DNA from: Escherichia phage vB-Eco-KMB35
Sequence record: OR525704.1
Length of the DNA: 43,891 bases
Reading direction: 5' to 3' (one strand)
The notes under the pieces are model-generated. The model did no database searches. It saw only the letters and a program-made list of their open reading frames with translations, and was not told where the DNA came from. Of the stretch, positions 8,178-16,900 are shown piece by piece. Numbering within the stretch: position 1 is the first letter of the stretch; the number at the start of each line of letters is the position of its first letter. The translations under genes were made by a program, and so were the position numbers.

Positions 8178-8690
8178 ATGCCGCTAATCGTGGAAACTGG
8201 GGCAATCGTCCCGAATGCCGACAGTTACATTAGTCTGGCTGACGCCCGCGCGTTAGCGGCTAATTATGGCCTTGAGCTACCGGAAGACGATACCGCCGCG
8301 GAGGTGGCCTTGCGTAACGGCGCCACTTATGTCGGGCTTGCGGAACCGCAGATGTGCGGTCGCCGGGTATCCGCCGAACAGTCTCTGGCGTACCCACGTA
8401 CGGGAACAACACTGAACGGCTTCACTGTAGCGGATAATGATATTCCGTCGCAGTTAATCCGGGCGCAGGTAATCGCCGCTGTTACATATGGCGCAGGAAC
8501 TGATGTTCGGGCTAACTCTGATGGGCGTTCCGTGCAGACTGAGCGCGTAGAAGGCGCGGTGACCGTGACATACTTCAACAACGGCAACAGCGGAGCTACA
8601 ACTGCGATTACCGCCGCGGACGACGCTTTACGCCCGTTACTGTGCAGCGGTCTTAACAATGGCTTCTCATTTAACGTGTACCGGGGTTAA
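8178..8690 (+). CDS. Head-tail connector / adaptor protein (putative)
   Basis: 170 aa; position between head and tail genes. Confidence 0.45.
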   Translation: MPLIVETGAIVPNADSYISLADARALAANYGLELPEDDTAAEVALRNGATYVGLAEPQMCGRRVSAEQSLAYPRTGTTLNGFTVADNDIPSQLIRAQVIAAVTYGAGTDVRANSDGRSVQTERVEGAVTVTYFNNGNSGATTAITAADDALRPLLCSGLNNGFSFNVYRG

Positions 8691-8692
8691 AA

Positions 8693-9307
8693 ATGGCGAA
8701 AACTAAGGCAGAGATGTTTACCCTTATCGGTGCAAATCTCCCCGATAACACTACCGGACTTATTACCCCCGCTGCATTGCGTGAGGTAATGACGCAGATG
8801 GCGGACTCACCTATTTACGCCACTCCAGGCGTTAAAGAGGTTGAAGTTCTCCGTGCCGCGTCGACAGTAGCACAAGCGCCTACCGCGGTAGATACGGCAT
8901 TGCAGGTATCGTTCGGCTCTGCGAAGGGCAGCGCATCTGATCCGGTAATGATTAATGCTGCGGGGCTGGTTACGTTCAACACCGCAGGTAACTATGCCGT
9001 TCGCATCAAGTTACAGGCGGGCCGCACTGGCGCTAGCGGAACCTCTATCTTGCTATCGCGCATTCTGGTTAATGGCGCACAATACGGCTCTCCCGCAGCA
9101 ACTAAGCTGGTAAGTGCTGATATTACAATCCCGATTGAATCCCGCGTCGTTATTAACCCAACAGCAGGCCAGACATTCGCAGTTCAGATTATGCGAGATA
9201 GCGCCGGGACTAACTTCGGCGGCGTATATCCGCAAGCGGCTACCGTAACCGCATGGGGTACTGCACCATCCGCACTACTGGTTATTTCGAGACTGGAGGC
9301 TGCGTAA
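8693..9307 (+). CDS. Structural protein of unknown function
   Basis: 204 aa, tightly packed in structural operon. Confidence 0.45.
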   Translation: MAKTKAEMFTLIGANLPDNTTGLITPAALREVMTQMADSPIYATPGVKEVEVLRAASTVAQAPTAVDTALQVSFGSAKGSASDPVMINAAGLVTFNTAGNYAVRIKLQAGRTGASGTSILLSRILVNGAQYGSPAATKLVSADITIPIESRVVINPTAGQTFAVQIMRDSAGTNFGGVYPQAATVTAWGTAPSALLVISRLEAA

Positions 9308-9438
9308 TGCGTAAAATAATTAATATGTGGATTAACTCTGATTTTTTGTGGAAGTACGAATTTTTGGTATCAGTGTTTGCGATGGTGTCAACAACAGCTC
9401 TAATTATATTTTTAGCGGTTTGCGGGGAGTCAACATGA
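9307..9438 (+). CDS. Small hydrophobic peptide (43 aa, one predicted TM helix)
   Basis: ATG overlaps upstream stop (TAATG); sequence FLVSVFAMVSTTALIIFLAVC; lies in a markedly AT-rich island. Confidence 0.35.
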   Translation: MRKIINMWINSDFLWKYEFLVSVFAMVSTTALIIFLAVCGEST

Positions 9439-9794
9439 GCACCGCGTTCAGTAAACGTATGCAAGGCGTGGGTACACGCCTGTTAACCAAATTCGGTAGC
9501 ACGGTATCTCTGATTCGCGCTGGCTCGAAAGTGTGGGATGAAGTTCTCGGTGAGTACGTCTGGTCTGCGGATGAAGTGTTGCCGTTGAAGGCCGTTCCGG
9601 TTCCTGTTAATGCGGGTCTGGTGAACGGTACGACGATTCAGGCTGGTGACATGATTGTTAAAGCCGATTACAGCGTCGTTCCTAAGATGGAAGACAAAGT
9701 GCAATTCGGCGGCGAGCAATGGTCCGTCGTAGCCATTGAGAAGAAGGTGGTTAACGATGATGTTGTGGCCTACTTTATTCAGGTGAGAAAATGA
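9435..9794 (+). CDS. Head-tail joining protein (putative)
   Basis: 119 aa from ATG 9435 with GGGGAG RBS; gene order analogous to lambda FII. Confidence 0.45.
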   Translation: MSTAFSKRMQGVGTRLLTKFGSTVSLIRAGSKVWDEVLGEYVWSADEVLPLKAVPVPVNAGLVNGTTIQAGDMIVKADYSVVPKMEDKVQFGGEQWSVVAIEKKVVNDDVVAYFIQVRK

Positions 9795-10291
9795 GTTTCG
9801 CGCTGGACGTCTCTAAGTTCGTGGAAAAGGCGAAGAAGAACCCTGAGAAGGTGATGCGTCAGGTGTCTATCAAGCTGTTTTCCGCTATTATAAAGGCGAG
9901 TCCGGTAGATACTGGTCGGTTTCGCATGAACTGGATGGCATCTGGCGGTACTCCTGCTTCCGGTACGAGTCGCGGTACCGACCCTAGCGGGGCTAACGCA
10001 ATAAGCGCTATGGTTTCTACGGTGTCAGGTTTACCTGACTGGAGCGAGTTTACCCTGACAAATAACCTGCCGTATGCGGAAGTTATAGAGTTCGGGGGCT
10101 ACGCTACTGGCTTCCACGGCCCTAAGCGCCCTTCTAACTTAGGCTCTAAATTTGTTGGCCCATTGAGGCCGAAAGCGCCCAGCAGAACAACCACAGACGG
10201 ATATTCCCTTCAGGCTCCGCAAGGTGTTGTCCGGGTTAACGTTCAGCGATTCAATAAACTGCTCGAAGAAGAAGCGAGGAAGTATAAATAA
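9791..10291 (+). CDS. Tail completion protein (putative)
   Basis: 166 aa; overlapping start/stop with neighbours; gene order. Confidence 0.45.
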   Translation: MSFALDVSKFVEKAKKNPEKVMRQVSIKLFSAIIKASPVDTGRFRMNWMASGGTPASGTSRGTDPSGANAISAMVSTVSGLPDWSEFTLTNNLPYAEVIEFGGYATGFHGPKRPSNLGSKFVGPLRPKAPSRTTTDGYSLQAPQGVVRVNVQRFNKLLEEEARKYK

Positions 10292-10704
10292 TGGGCTACT
10301 TTGAGGACTTAACAAAAGCGTTCGATGTTCCGCTGGTAGCCTTCGGAACCGCCAACGGCATCAAGGTTGCGCTTGAAAACATCGACGCGCCGACGTCAAC
10401 CGATACGCCGTATCTGGCGAGTTACATGCTACTGGCAGATACTGAGCAGGCGGATTTGTTCTTCACTGAGCAACGCTCTGGTATTTATCAGGTAGACATT
10501 AACTACGCATCGGTGAAAGGTAGCGCGCCAATCAATAAAATGGCAGACTTACTTAACACGGCGTTTAAAGCGGGTAAGTCATTTTCGCGTAACGACATCT
10601 GCGCCGAGGTTCAATCGGTTAGCCTGGGGCCGCTGATTGTAGAAAACGGATGGGCCAAACGGCCATTGTCAATTAACTTTATAGCATTCACCAAGAGGCT
10701 GTGA
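10291..10704 (+). CDS. Tail terminator protein (putative)
   Basis: 137 aa, immediately upstream of major tail protein gene. Confidence 0.45.
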   Translation: MGYFEDLTKAFDVPLVAFGTANGIKVALENIDAPTSTDTPYLASYMLLADTEQADLFFTEQRSGIYQVDINYASVKGSAPINKMADLLNTAFKAGKSFSRNDICAEVQSVSLGPLIVENGWAKRPLSINFIAFTKRL

Positions 10705-10706
10705 AT

Positions 10707-11873
10707 ATGGCTACAACTCCTTTTAAGGGCGCGAATACCGCGCAATTCTATGTGGCGGAAGTGACCCCGGGTGTAACACCGACTAACCCGGTCTGGTCAC
10801 CATTACGTAACACGGGCGGTGTTCCTGCCATTACCCGCGACACGCTGACCTCCAACGAACTGGACGGCAGCCGTGAAACTACATCCATCCGCACCGGTAA
10901 CAAACAGGTTAGCGGTGAATACGCAATTGAGCTTAGCTCTAAAAGCCAGGACGACTGGTTAGCCGGGGCTTTAGGCTCTACGTGGCAGGCTGGCGCATCT
11001 CTGTCAGGGTTATCGATTACCGTCGCACCGGCTGGCAAGACGTTCACACGTGCCACCGGCAGCTTTATCACTGACGGAGTTGTGGTAGGCGACCTGATTG
11101 CGTTTACCGACTTAACAGGCGATAACGCAAAACCATTTATCGTTACTGCAGTAACAGCTACGGTCGTTACTGGTGCTGGTATCCAACACACCCTGACCAC
11201 CGAGACAAAAACTAGTAAGGCTAAAACTGGCGACACGCTGGAAACCGGTAACACGTGTAAGACGTTCTCTATCCTTACCTGGTACAAAGGCCAGTGCGGC
11301 GGCACTGACGCGTACACGTTAACCAAAGGCGTGGAAGTTTCTGGTTTCACTATTGAGCAGTCAGTTAACGCTATGGTAACCGGCAGCTTCCCATTCATCG
11401 GTCGCAGTCAGGAGATTCTCACTACGCCGCCGACCGGTTCCAACTTCTCATCTATTACTTTTGGTGATGAGCCATTCTCTTCGGTTGACGTTTCCGTGTT
11501 CGATGGCTCTACGCCGTTGCGTTGTGATAGCCTTACCATCACCAACGACAACAGCGCGTCCGCACAGTTCGAACTCGGCAACTCTAACGTTGCGTTTGTG
11601 GAACGTAGCCGCGCAGCTAACACCTTCTCCATCTCCGGTAAGCTGTATGACATGGCTATGATTCAGAAGTTTATCAACGAACAGCAGGTAGAGATTAACT
11701 CTATTCTGGCGGGGGTAAACGGGGCTATGTCTTTCAGTTTGAAACGTGCGGAGCTTACGGCAGTTACCCCAGAGATTGGCGGACCTGAGTCAATCACTCA
11801 GTCCATTGAAGGCCAGGCTACTGGCAACCAGTACCAGTCGTCTATTGTTATTCAGCGTATCACCTACGCATAA
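10707..11873 (+). CDS. Major tail protein
   Basis: 389 aa from ATG 10707 (RBS AAGAGG 8 nt upstream); position before chaperone/tape-measure genes; terminator downstream. Confidence 0.6.
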   Translation: MATTPFKGANTAQFYVAEVTPGVTPTNPVWSPLRNTGGVPAITRDTLTSNELDGSRETTSIRTGNKQVSGEYAIELSSKSQDDWLAGALGSTWQAGASLSGLSITVAPAGKTFTRATGSFITDGVVVGDLIAFTDLTGDNAKPFIVTAVTATVVTGAGIQHTLTTETKTSKAKTGDTLETGNTCKTFSILTWYKGQCGGTDAYTLTKGVEVSGFTIEQSVNAMVTGSFPFIGRSQEILTTPPTGSNFSSITFGDEPFSSVDVSVFDGSTPLRCDSLTITNDNSASAQFELGNSNVAFVERSRAANTFSISGKLYDMAMIQKFINEQQVEINSILAGVNGAMSFSLKRAELTAVTPEIGGPESITQSIEGQATGNQYQSSIVIQRITYA

Positions 11874-11875
11874 AA

Positions 11876-11904
11876 CTAAGGCCCCGAAAGGGGCCTTTTT
11901 TATT
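11876..11904. terminator. Bidirectional terminator ggcccc-gaaa-ggggcc followed by ttttttatt
   Basis: Perfect stem-loop between convergent major tail gene and minus-strand cassette. Confidence 0.7.
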
Positions 11905-12133
11905 ACTCATCAATGTTACTCCTGTACTCCCGTAACTTTTCCAGACTTTCAATTGCTTCCGCTAAGTCGGTTCCGGTGTCCTTGTGTCCACGTAAACCCA
12001 TGCACAATAGCTTCTTCAATGCGTGCTGTAACGCCGGGTCGCGGATGTCGAAAGCGCGGAGCACATCATAAACGTCTACTGTCATAGTGCTGCCGTGAGT
12101 GTTTGTCATTGTTCGGTTGTATTTTGAAGTCAT
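11903..12133 (-). CDS. Hypothetical protein (76 aa), last gene of reverse cassette
   Basis: ORF overlapping stop of upstream gene (12130), ends at terminator. Confidence 0.5.
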   Translation of the reverse strand: MTSKYNRTMTNTHGSTMTVDVYDVLRAFDIRDPALQHALKKLLCMGLRGHKDTGTDLAEAIESLEKLREYRSNIDE

Positions 12134-13260
12134 CCCAGCATCTCCGGTGAAATAGTTAAACGTGCGACCTCGCCATATTCGGCGCTATAAGTAATTACAT
12201 TTGCACTACGGCCTGACATCCACCCGCCGCGGGAGGCATAGGCGTCTTTAGCCGCTAAGGTGCGGTGTTGCTCAACAATCATGTTACGGCTTTCTACAAT
12301 CTTCTGGTGGTGCAGGTGGCCTACGTGGGCGTAGCTATAGACACTCTCACCGAACGCTTTGCGGAATTTGGCAATCATAACCGGTTCGATAGCATCGAAT
12401 CGCGCCTTATGCCCGTGGTGAAAGAACAACGTCGTTTTTCCGTGTTGCACCATCTTGTAAACATCCGGCGACGTATCGACAATCACTCGGCTGTCGTTCG
12501 AATATAAAACTGTGAACATTTCAGCCAGCCATACAGAGCCTACAGGGTCATGGTTCCCCTGTACGATAAGCAAGCGAACATTTTTATGTTTAACCAGTGC
12601 CATATCTACAACACGGCGTACCATACGAATCATGTAGCGGACGAGTTTCTGGTAGCGAGTGTCTGCGTCCAACACGTGACGCGACTCAGGTGTAACGGCA
12701 TCCAGACTATCGAAGTGCGCGAAATCACCCAGCAGGTTAATAACTCCTGTTCCTGCATCCGGTGCTTTCTGAAACGCCGCGTCGAACCAACGAGAGAACA
12801 GGTCTTCCGCAATCTTTATATCCCAGTCGTCGCCGCTCTCGTCGGCCCAGGCAAGCATACCGAGATGGAAATCAGATACCGTGTAAAGATTGAGTAGCTT
12901 GTCGTCGCGTTTGGCTCGAGTCGCTTTAGCCGGCGCAACTGGCGTAATCTCTGACTTCATGCCTTCAATCACGGCTTTCATCAACTCGACCTGACGTTCA
13001 GCGTCGGTGTCTGTCTTAACCCATTGCAACTTAGTATTGCCGAACTCGTCTACCAGAGACGACGTCCCTTTAATCTTGTAGCCGTCTGGGACAAGGTGGC
13101 TAACGTCACGCCCGTGGCCTACACCTTTCTTAGCCAGCTTCGCTTTACGGATACGAATAACTCGGTCTGAGATGCCGTATTTACGGGCGATGTCTACATT
13201 CTTCATCCCGGCGTTCAATTCTTCCTGTAACTGTTCGTCGGTTATTTTCTTCTGGGCCAT
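12130..13260 (-). CDS. HTH-domain / calcineurin-like metallophosphoesterase fusion protein
   Basis: 376 aa; N-terminal HTH (NVDIARKYGISDRVIRIRKAK); phosphoesterase motifs SDFHLG, LGDFAHFD, GNHD, HHGH, GHLHH in canonical order. Confidence 0.6.
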   Translation of the reverse strand: MAQKKITDEQLQEELNAGMKNVDIARKYGISDRVIRIRKAKLAKKGVGHGRDVSHLVPDGYKIKGTSSLVDEFGNTKLQWVKTDTDAERQVELMKAVIEGMKSEITPVAPAKATRAKRDDKLLNLYTVSDFHLGMLAWADESGDDWDIKIAEDLFSRWFDAAFQKAPDAGTGVINLLGDFAHFDSLDAVTPESRHVLDADTRYQKLVRYMIRMVRRVVDMALVKHKNVRLLIVQGNHDPVGSVWLAEMFTVLYSNDSRVIVDTSPDVYKMVQHGKTTLFFHHGHKARFDAIEPVMIAKFRKAFGESVYSYAHVGHLHHQKIVESRNMIVEQHRTLAAKDAYASRGGWMSGRSANVITYSAEYGEVARLTISPEMLG

Positions 13261-13325
13261 GCTTACTTCCTCGTGTTTAGGATTTGTCCTATTTAACCAC
13301 AGTGGATTCCTTTAAATAAAGGCAA

Positions 13326-13652
13326 CTATTTACTTTCTGCGCCTATCGCCCACCCTGTCATTACCATTTGCAGACGGGTGGCTGTCAGTAGGCTATAGAA
13401 AGCATCTCCGTTTTTCTCTACCGAACGTATCACTGTGTAGGTTACGGCCTGCGGGGGTAGGCCCGATTTACCAACCTCCACGGCGGCCTCACACTCGCGA
13501 ACTGTAGAGTCCTTGAACGCCTTTACAATAGTAGGGTCGGCTTTATCAAGCACACCAGAAGTCATAAGAACAGATTCACTAAATACCTGTTCGCACGGGG
13601 CTCCAAAAGTAGCAAAAGACATAAAACCCAGAGCTAGTACTAATTTACGCAT
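13326..13652 (-). CDS. Secreted/periplasmic protein (108 aa) with N-terminal signal peptide
   Basis: MRKLVLALGFMSFATFGA signal-like N-terminus; promoter element directly upstream. Confidence 0.55.
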   Translation of the reverse strand: MRKLVLALGFMSFATFGAPCEQVFSESVLMTSGVLDKADPTIVKAFKDSTVRECEAAVEVGKSGLPPQAVTYTVIRSVEKNGDAFYSLLTATRLQMVMTGWAIGAESK

Positions 13653-13677
13653 AATTATTTCCTCAGTAAGTTACATG

Positions 13678-13709
13678 TGAATAGTACCCTATTATATTGG
13701 GGTGTGCAA
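13678..13709 (-). promoter_or_regulatory. Promoter element family A, copy 2 (identical to 4554..4585)
   Basis: 32-nt exact repeat; TTGCAC-N17-TACTAT in minus-strand sense, upstream of 13652 start. Confidence 0.6.
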
Positions 13710-13816
13710 GTAGTGTGCTAGAATAAGTTTGCGCCTAGTGTCGCACACGAAAAGCGGGTGGTTCCCGCCTGGCGCATTAACCATAACCAGTAACCTCTTA
13801 ACCAAAGGACTAAAGA

Positions 13817-14233
13817 ATGAAACTTTCTGATTTCTATTTTGCCGACCGCCACGCCGCCGGTACTAAAATGCCTATCCTTCTGCCCAGTGGTAAAGATTCC
13901 GGTGAATGGTTGCAGGTCATCGGCCCCGATTGTGACGCTGGTGTTCGTGCGGGCCGTGCCTACACCACGGCAATTCGACGCCTTACGGAAGAACTTGCGC
14001 CATTAGATAAAGAGTGCGAGGCGCTGAATAACTGGGCGCGCTATAATGATGAGAAGGGCTGGCGGGTGATGGACCTGAACAAGCAGCTTGCCGTGGAAAT
14101 CGTCACCGGTTGGTCATTCGACGAACCATTCAGCAAAGAGGCGCTTGCTAACCTGTTCGACCAGTACAGTGGGTTGGCAGAGGCCGTAGTTAAGCATCAC
14201 ACCGATAGCCGTGAGAAACTCTCGGAAAAGTAA
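13817..14233 (+). CDS. Tail assembly chaperone (G-like)
   Basis: 138 aa immediately upstream of tape measure gene; overlapping -1 frame ORF downstream. Confidence 0.6.
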   Translation: MKLSDFYFADRHAAGTKMPILLPSGKDSGEWLQVIGPDCDAGVRAGRAYTTAIRRLTEELAPLDKECEALNNWARYNDEKGWRVMDLNKQLAVEIVTGWSFDEPFSKEALANLFDQYSGLAEAVVKHHTDSREKLSEK

Positions 14234-14595
14234 AAGCGCTGTATGAATTTGCGCAATGGTGCTTTGTCGACCGCCACAAACGTAAGCAATTCGACGACAT
14301 CGCGGCGGGCCACCAGGCGGCTTTGATTGCAATGGGCGTGATTAAAGAACCGCAGATGAAAGAAGCGACGGGGCCGGAATGCCCCGTTTCTCTTATCGAC
14401 GTGTTCGAGAAATACCGTGCCATTAAATTCCTACAGCGCGAAACAGATGATACTATCGTTATAATCCCGCGCGATGCGCTCAAATGGCAAGATTTGGTAG
14501 CGTTTCGTGATGTCGCCGGTTACGGCATAAGTTTGTTCGAAGCCGAGGTTATCATGGGCTTAGACGGAATATTTGAGGGCAGAGAAGATGGCTGA
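14215..14595 (+). CDS. Tail assembly chaperone frameshift extension (GT-like), reached by -1 frameshift near GGAAAAG 14224..14230
   Basis: Frame-1 ORF open from 14215 to 14595, overlaps chaperone 3' end and ends at tape-measure start; slippery A-rich run. Confidence 0.45.
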   Translation, partial: ETLGKVKALYEFAQWCFVDRHKRKQFDDIAAGHQAALIAMGVIKEPQMKEATGPECPVSLIDVFEKYRAIKFLQRETDDTIVIIPRDALKWQDLVAFRDVAGYGISLFEAEVIMGLDGIFEGREDG

Positions 14596-16900
14596 TACGG
14601 CTTCCCTAATTGCCAGAGTAAAAACAGAAGGCGCTGATGTAGCCGCTAAACAGCTTGACGCTATGGCGGCATCCGCAGACCGTGCGGACACATCCGTAAA
14701 CAAACTAACGCCGGATGTTAATAAAGTAAACTCCGCTACGTCTAAAGCGGCTTCTGACGGTTTCGCTAAATTCCGTAACGCCGCCGGGCAGGTAGGCTTC
14801 CAGGTGCAGGACATGGTCGTCCAGTTGCAGTCCGGTACGTCAGCATTTGTGGCAATAGGCCAGCAAGGTTCGCAACTTGCGGGTGCTTTCGGCCCTGGTG
14901 GTGCTGTGCTTGGGGCCGTAATCGCACTAGCGTCGGCTGTTGGTGGAGTACTGTATAAATCACTAACCGAAGCAGAAGGCAGTTCAAAAGACCTCGAAGC
15001 CGCGCAGAAACAGTTAAAAGATACTTTCCAGCAAACGGCATCTGGCTCTCTCGAGCTGACAGACGGCCTTATCCAGCTTACCCAAATCAGCAGAGAAGCA
15101 GCGGAGACTCAGCTTGCTCTGGCTAAGGCTAACGCGGACCTTATCGCGCAGCAAACCGCTAAAGCTGTTCGTGAAGATGCCGAATCATGGGAAACGTGGA
15201 AAGCCTCCACGGCATCGGCGATTAGCCAGTATGATGCATTAGTCTCTAAGGGCGCAGATGTAGGCGACACATTAGAAAAACTCGGCGGCACTTACGAGGG
15301 CAACATCGTAGGCGTCAACATGCTGGCGCAGAATATCGCGGAGCTTAGCAGTAAGTTCGGAGTTAACCGTGACCAGGCGCTGGAGATGATAGCGGCGCAG
15401 AGTGCGTTTAACAAAGAGCCAACCGCCGAGAATGCCCGTCGCATCGCCGATGTGTTTACCGACTGGCTCGGTAACACAAAACAGTTGAACCCGGAACTTA
15501 TCCGCCTGACGGACAACGCCAACAAGAACGCCACGGCACTGGAGAACGCGGAGAAGTCAGCAAACGCGGCGGCAGAGGCCCAAAAGAATCTTGGTCGCAA
15601 CGTCAACTCAACCACGCAGAGATTCCAGGAACAGAACGAAGCTATCGTCAAAAACCAGCAAATCGCCATCTTAAGCGACCGTGAGCGTATCCGGGCGCAA
15701 GCTGAACTTGATAAACAGGCGTTCGCTAAACGTGAAGCCGTCACCAAAGAACAGATAGCCGCGTATAATGCGGCCCGCGACGCGGAAGCGCAGCAAGACA
15801 TCGCCCGCATTGACAAGACCGAGAAAGAGAAGGCCGACCGCGAGGCTAAATCGAACGAGGAACGTCTGGCGGCACAAGCCAAACGCGAAGAAACAGCGGC
15901 ACAACGTCAGAAAAAAGCGGCGGAAGATTTCCTGGCTACTGTCGACCGCACAACCGGAGACGAAATTTCACGTATCACAGCGGCAGAAGAACAGAAACTG
16001 GCGAAACTTGAAGAGTTCAACCGCGCCGGAACGATAAGCCAGCAGCAGTACGAAAACGCCAAAACTCAAATTATGCTCACCGCCGAGCAGGCCAGACAGG
16101 AAGAACTGGATAAGAAAAGAAAAGAGCAGCAGGAAAAGCAGCAGAAAGGCGACGACTTCATGGCCCAGATTATGGGTCAGAACGCCGCTGAGCTTGAGCT
16201 TCTCGACATCCAGGAACAGCAGAAACTGTCGGTAGCAGATAAGTACCGCGAGCAGGGTTTGATTAGTGAGAAGCAGTATCAGGCTGCGCTTAATGCCATC
16301 AACGAGCAGTACGCCACGAAGCGTGCCGACGCAACGGCAACGGCCTTCGGTAACATGGCCTCAAACATCGGTTCGGCTTTGGGCGAGGCTTCTGGCGCGT
16401 ACAAGGCATTCGCTATCGTGCAGGCCACTATAGCCACGTACACCGCGGCTATTGAGGCGTATAAGTCAACAGCGGCTATCCCTGTAGTTGGCCCGTTCCT
16501 GGCTCCTGTAGCTGCCGCTGCTGCCGTTGGGGCGGGTATGGCGCAGATTTCCGCTATCAGGTCCGCACGTGAACAGGGCGGACAGTTATCCGCGGGGCAG
16601 GCTTCAACCATCGCCGAACGCGGTAAACCAGAAGTTATCATGCCCGCTGGTGCGTCACGTGTACGCACCGCACAGCAGATGAAAGAAATTATGGGGCAAA
16701 ACGGGTCTTCTTCCGGACCGTCTAATGTTACTATCGTAAACAACACGAGTTCTCAAATCGGCAACGTATCCACTGAGCAAGATGATGAAGGCCGTTTGCG
16801 TATCATCATCGAGGAGCAAGTGGCTGCCTCTTTGCAGAACAGTAACAGTAAGATTAGCAAGGCCCGCAAGGCCACAAGAAATGCGCCGGGGTTTAAATAA
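14588..16900 (+). CDS. Tail tape measure protein
   Basis: About 770 aa, long Ala/Gln/Glu/Lys-rich helical protein after chaperone pair. Confidence 0.8.
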   Translation: MADTASLIARVKTEGADVAAKQLDAMAASADRADTSVNKLTPDVNKVNSATSKAASDGFAKFRNAAGQVGFQVQDMVVQLQSGTSAFVAIGQQGSQLAGAFGPGGAVLGAVIALASAVGGVLYKSLTEAEGSSKDLEAAQKQLKDTFQQTASGSLELTDGLIQLTQISREAAETQLALAKANADLIAQQTAKAVREDAESWETWKASTASAISQYDALVSKGADVGDTLEKLGGTYEGNIVGVNMLAQNIAELSSKFGVNRDQALEMIAAQSAFNKEPTAENARRIADVFTDWLGNTKQLNPELIRLTDNANKNATALENAEKSANAAAEAQKNLGRNVNSTTQRFQEQNEAIVKNQQIAILSDRERIRAQAELDKQAFAKREAVTKEQIAAYNAARDAEAQQDIARIDKTEKEKADREAKSNEERLAAQAKREETAAQRQKKAAEDFLATVDRTTGDEISRITAAEEQKLAKLEEFNRAGTISQQQYENAKTQIMLTAEQARQEELDKKRKEQQEKQQKGDDFMAQIMGQNAAELELLDIQEQQKLSVADKYREQGLISEKQYQAALNAINEQYATKRADATATAFGNMASNIGSALGEASGAYKAFAIVQATIATYTAAIEAYKSTAAIPVVGPFLAPVAAAAAVGAGMAQISAIRSAREQGGQLSAGQASTIAERGKPEVIMPAGASRVRTAQQMKEIMGQNGSSSGPSNVTIVNNTSSQIGNVSTEQDDEGRLRIIIEEQVAASLQNSNSKISKARKATRNAPGFK

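Noticed and set aside
12130-13260. Calling the phosphoesterase a lambda-type Ser/Thr protein phosphatase
   Set aside because: The GDxHG and GDxxDRG signatures of PP-lambda are not present; the motif set looks more like SbcD/Mre11-type metallophosphoesterases, so a specific substrate was not assigned.
4554-13709. The identical 32-bp repeats as terminal repeats, att sites or transposon ends
   Set aside because: They are not flanking a discrete element in inverted or direct arrangement with target duplications; each sits at a fixed promoter-like distance upstream of a start codon.
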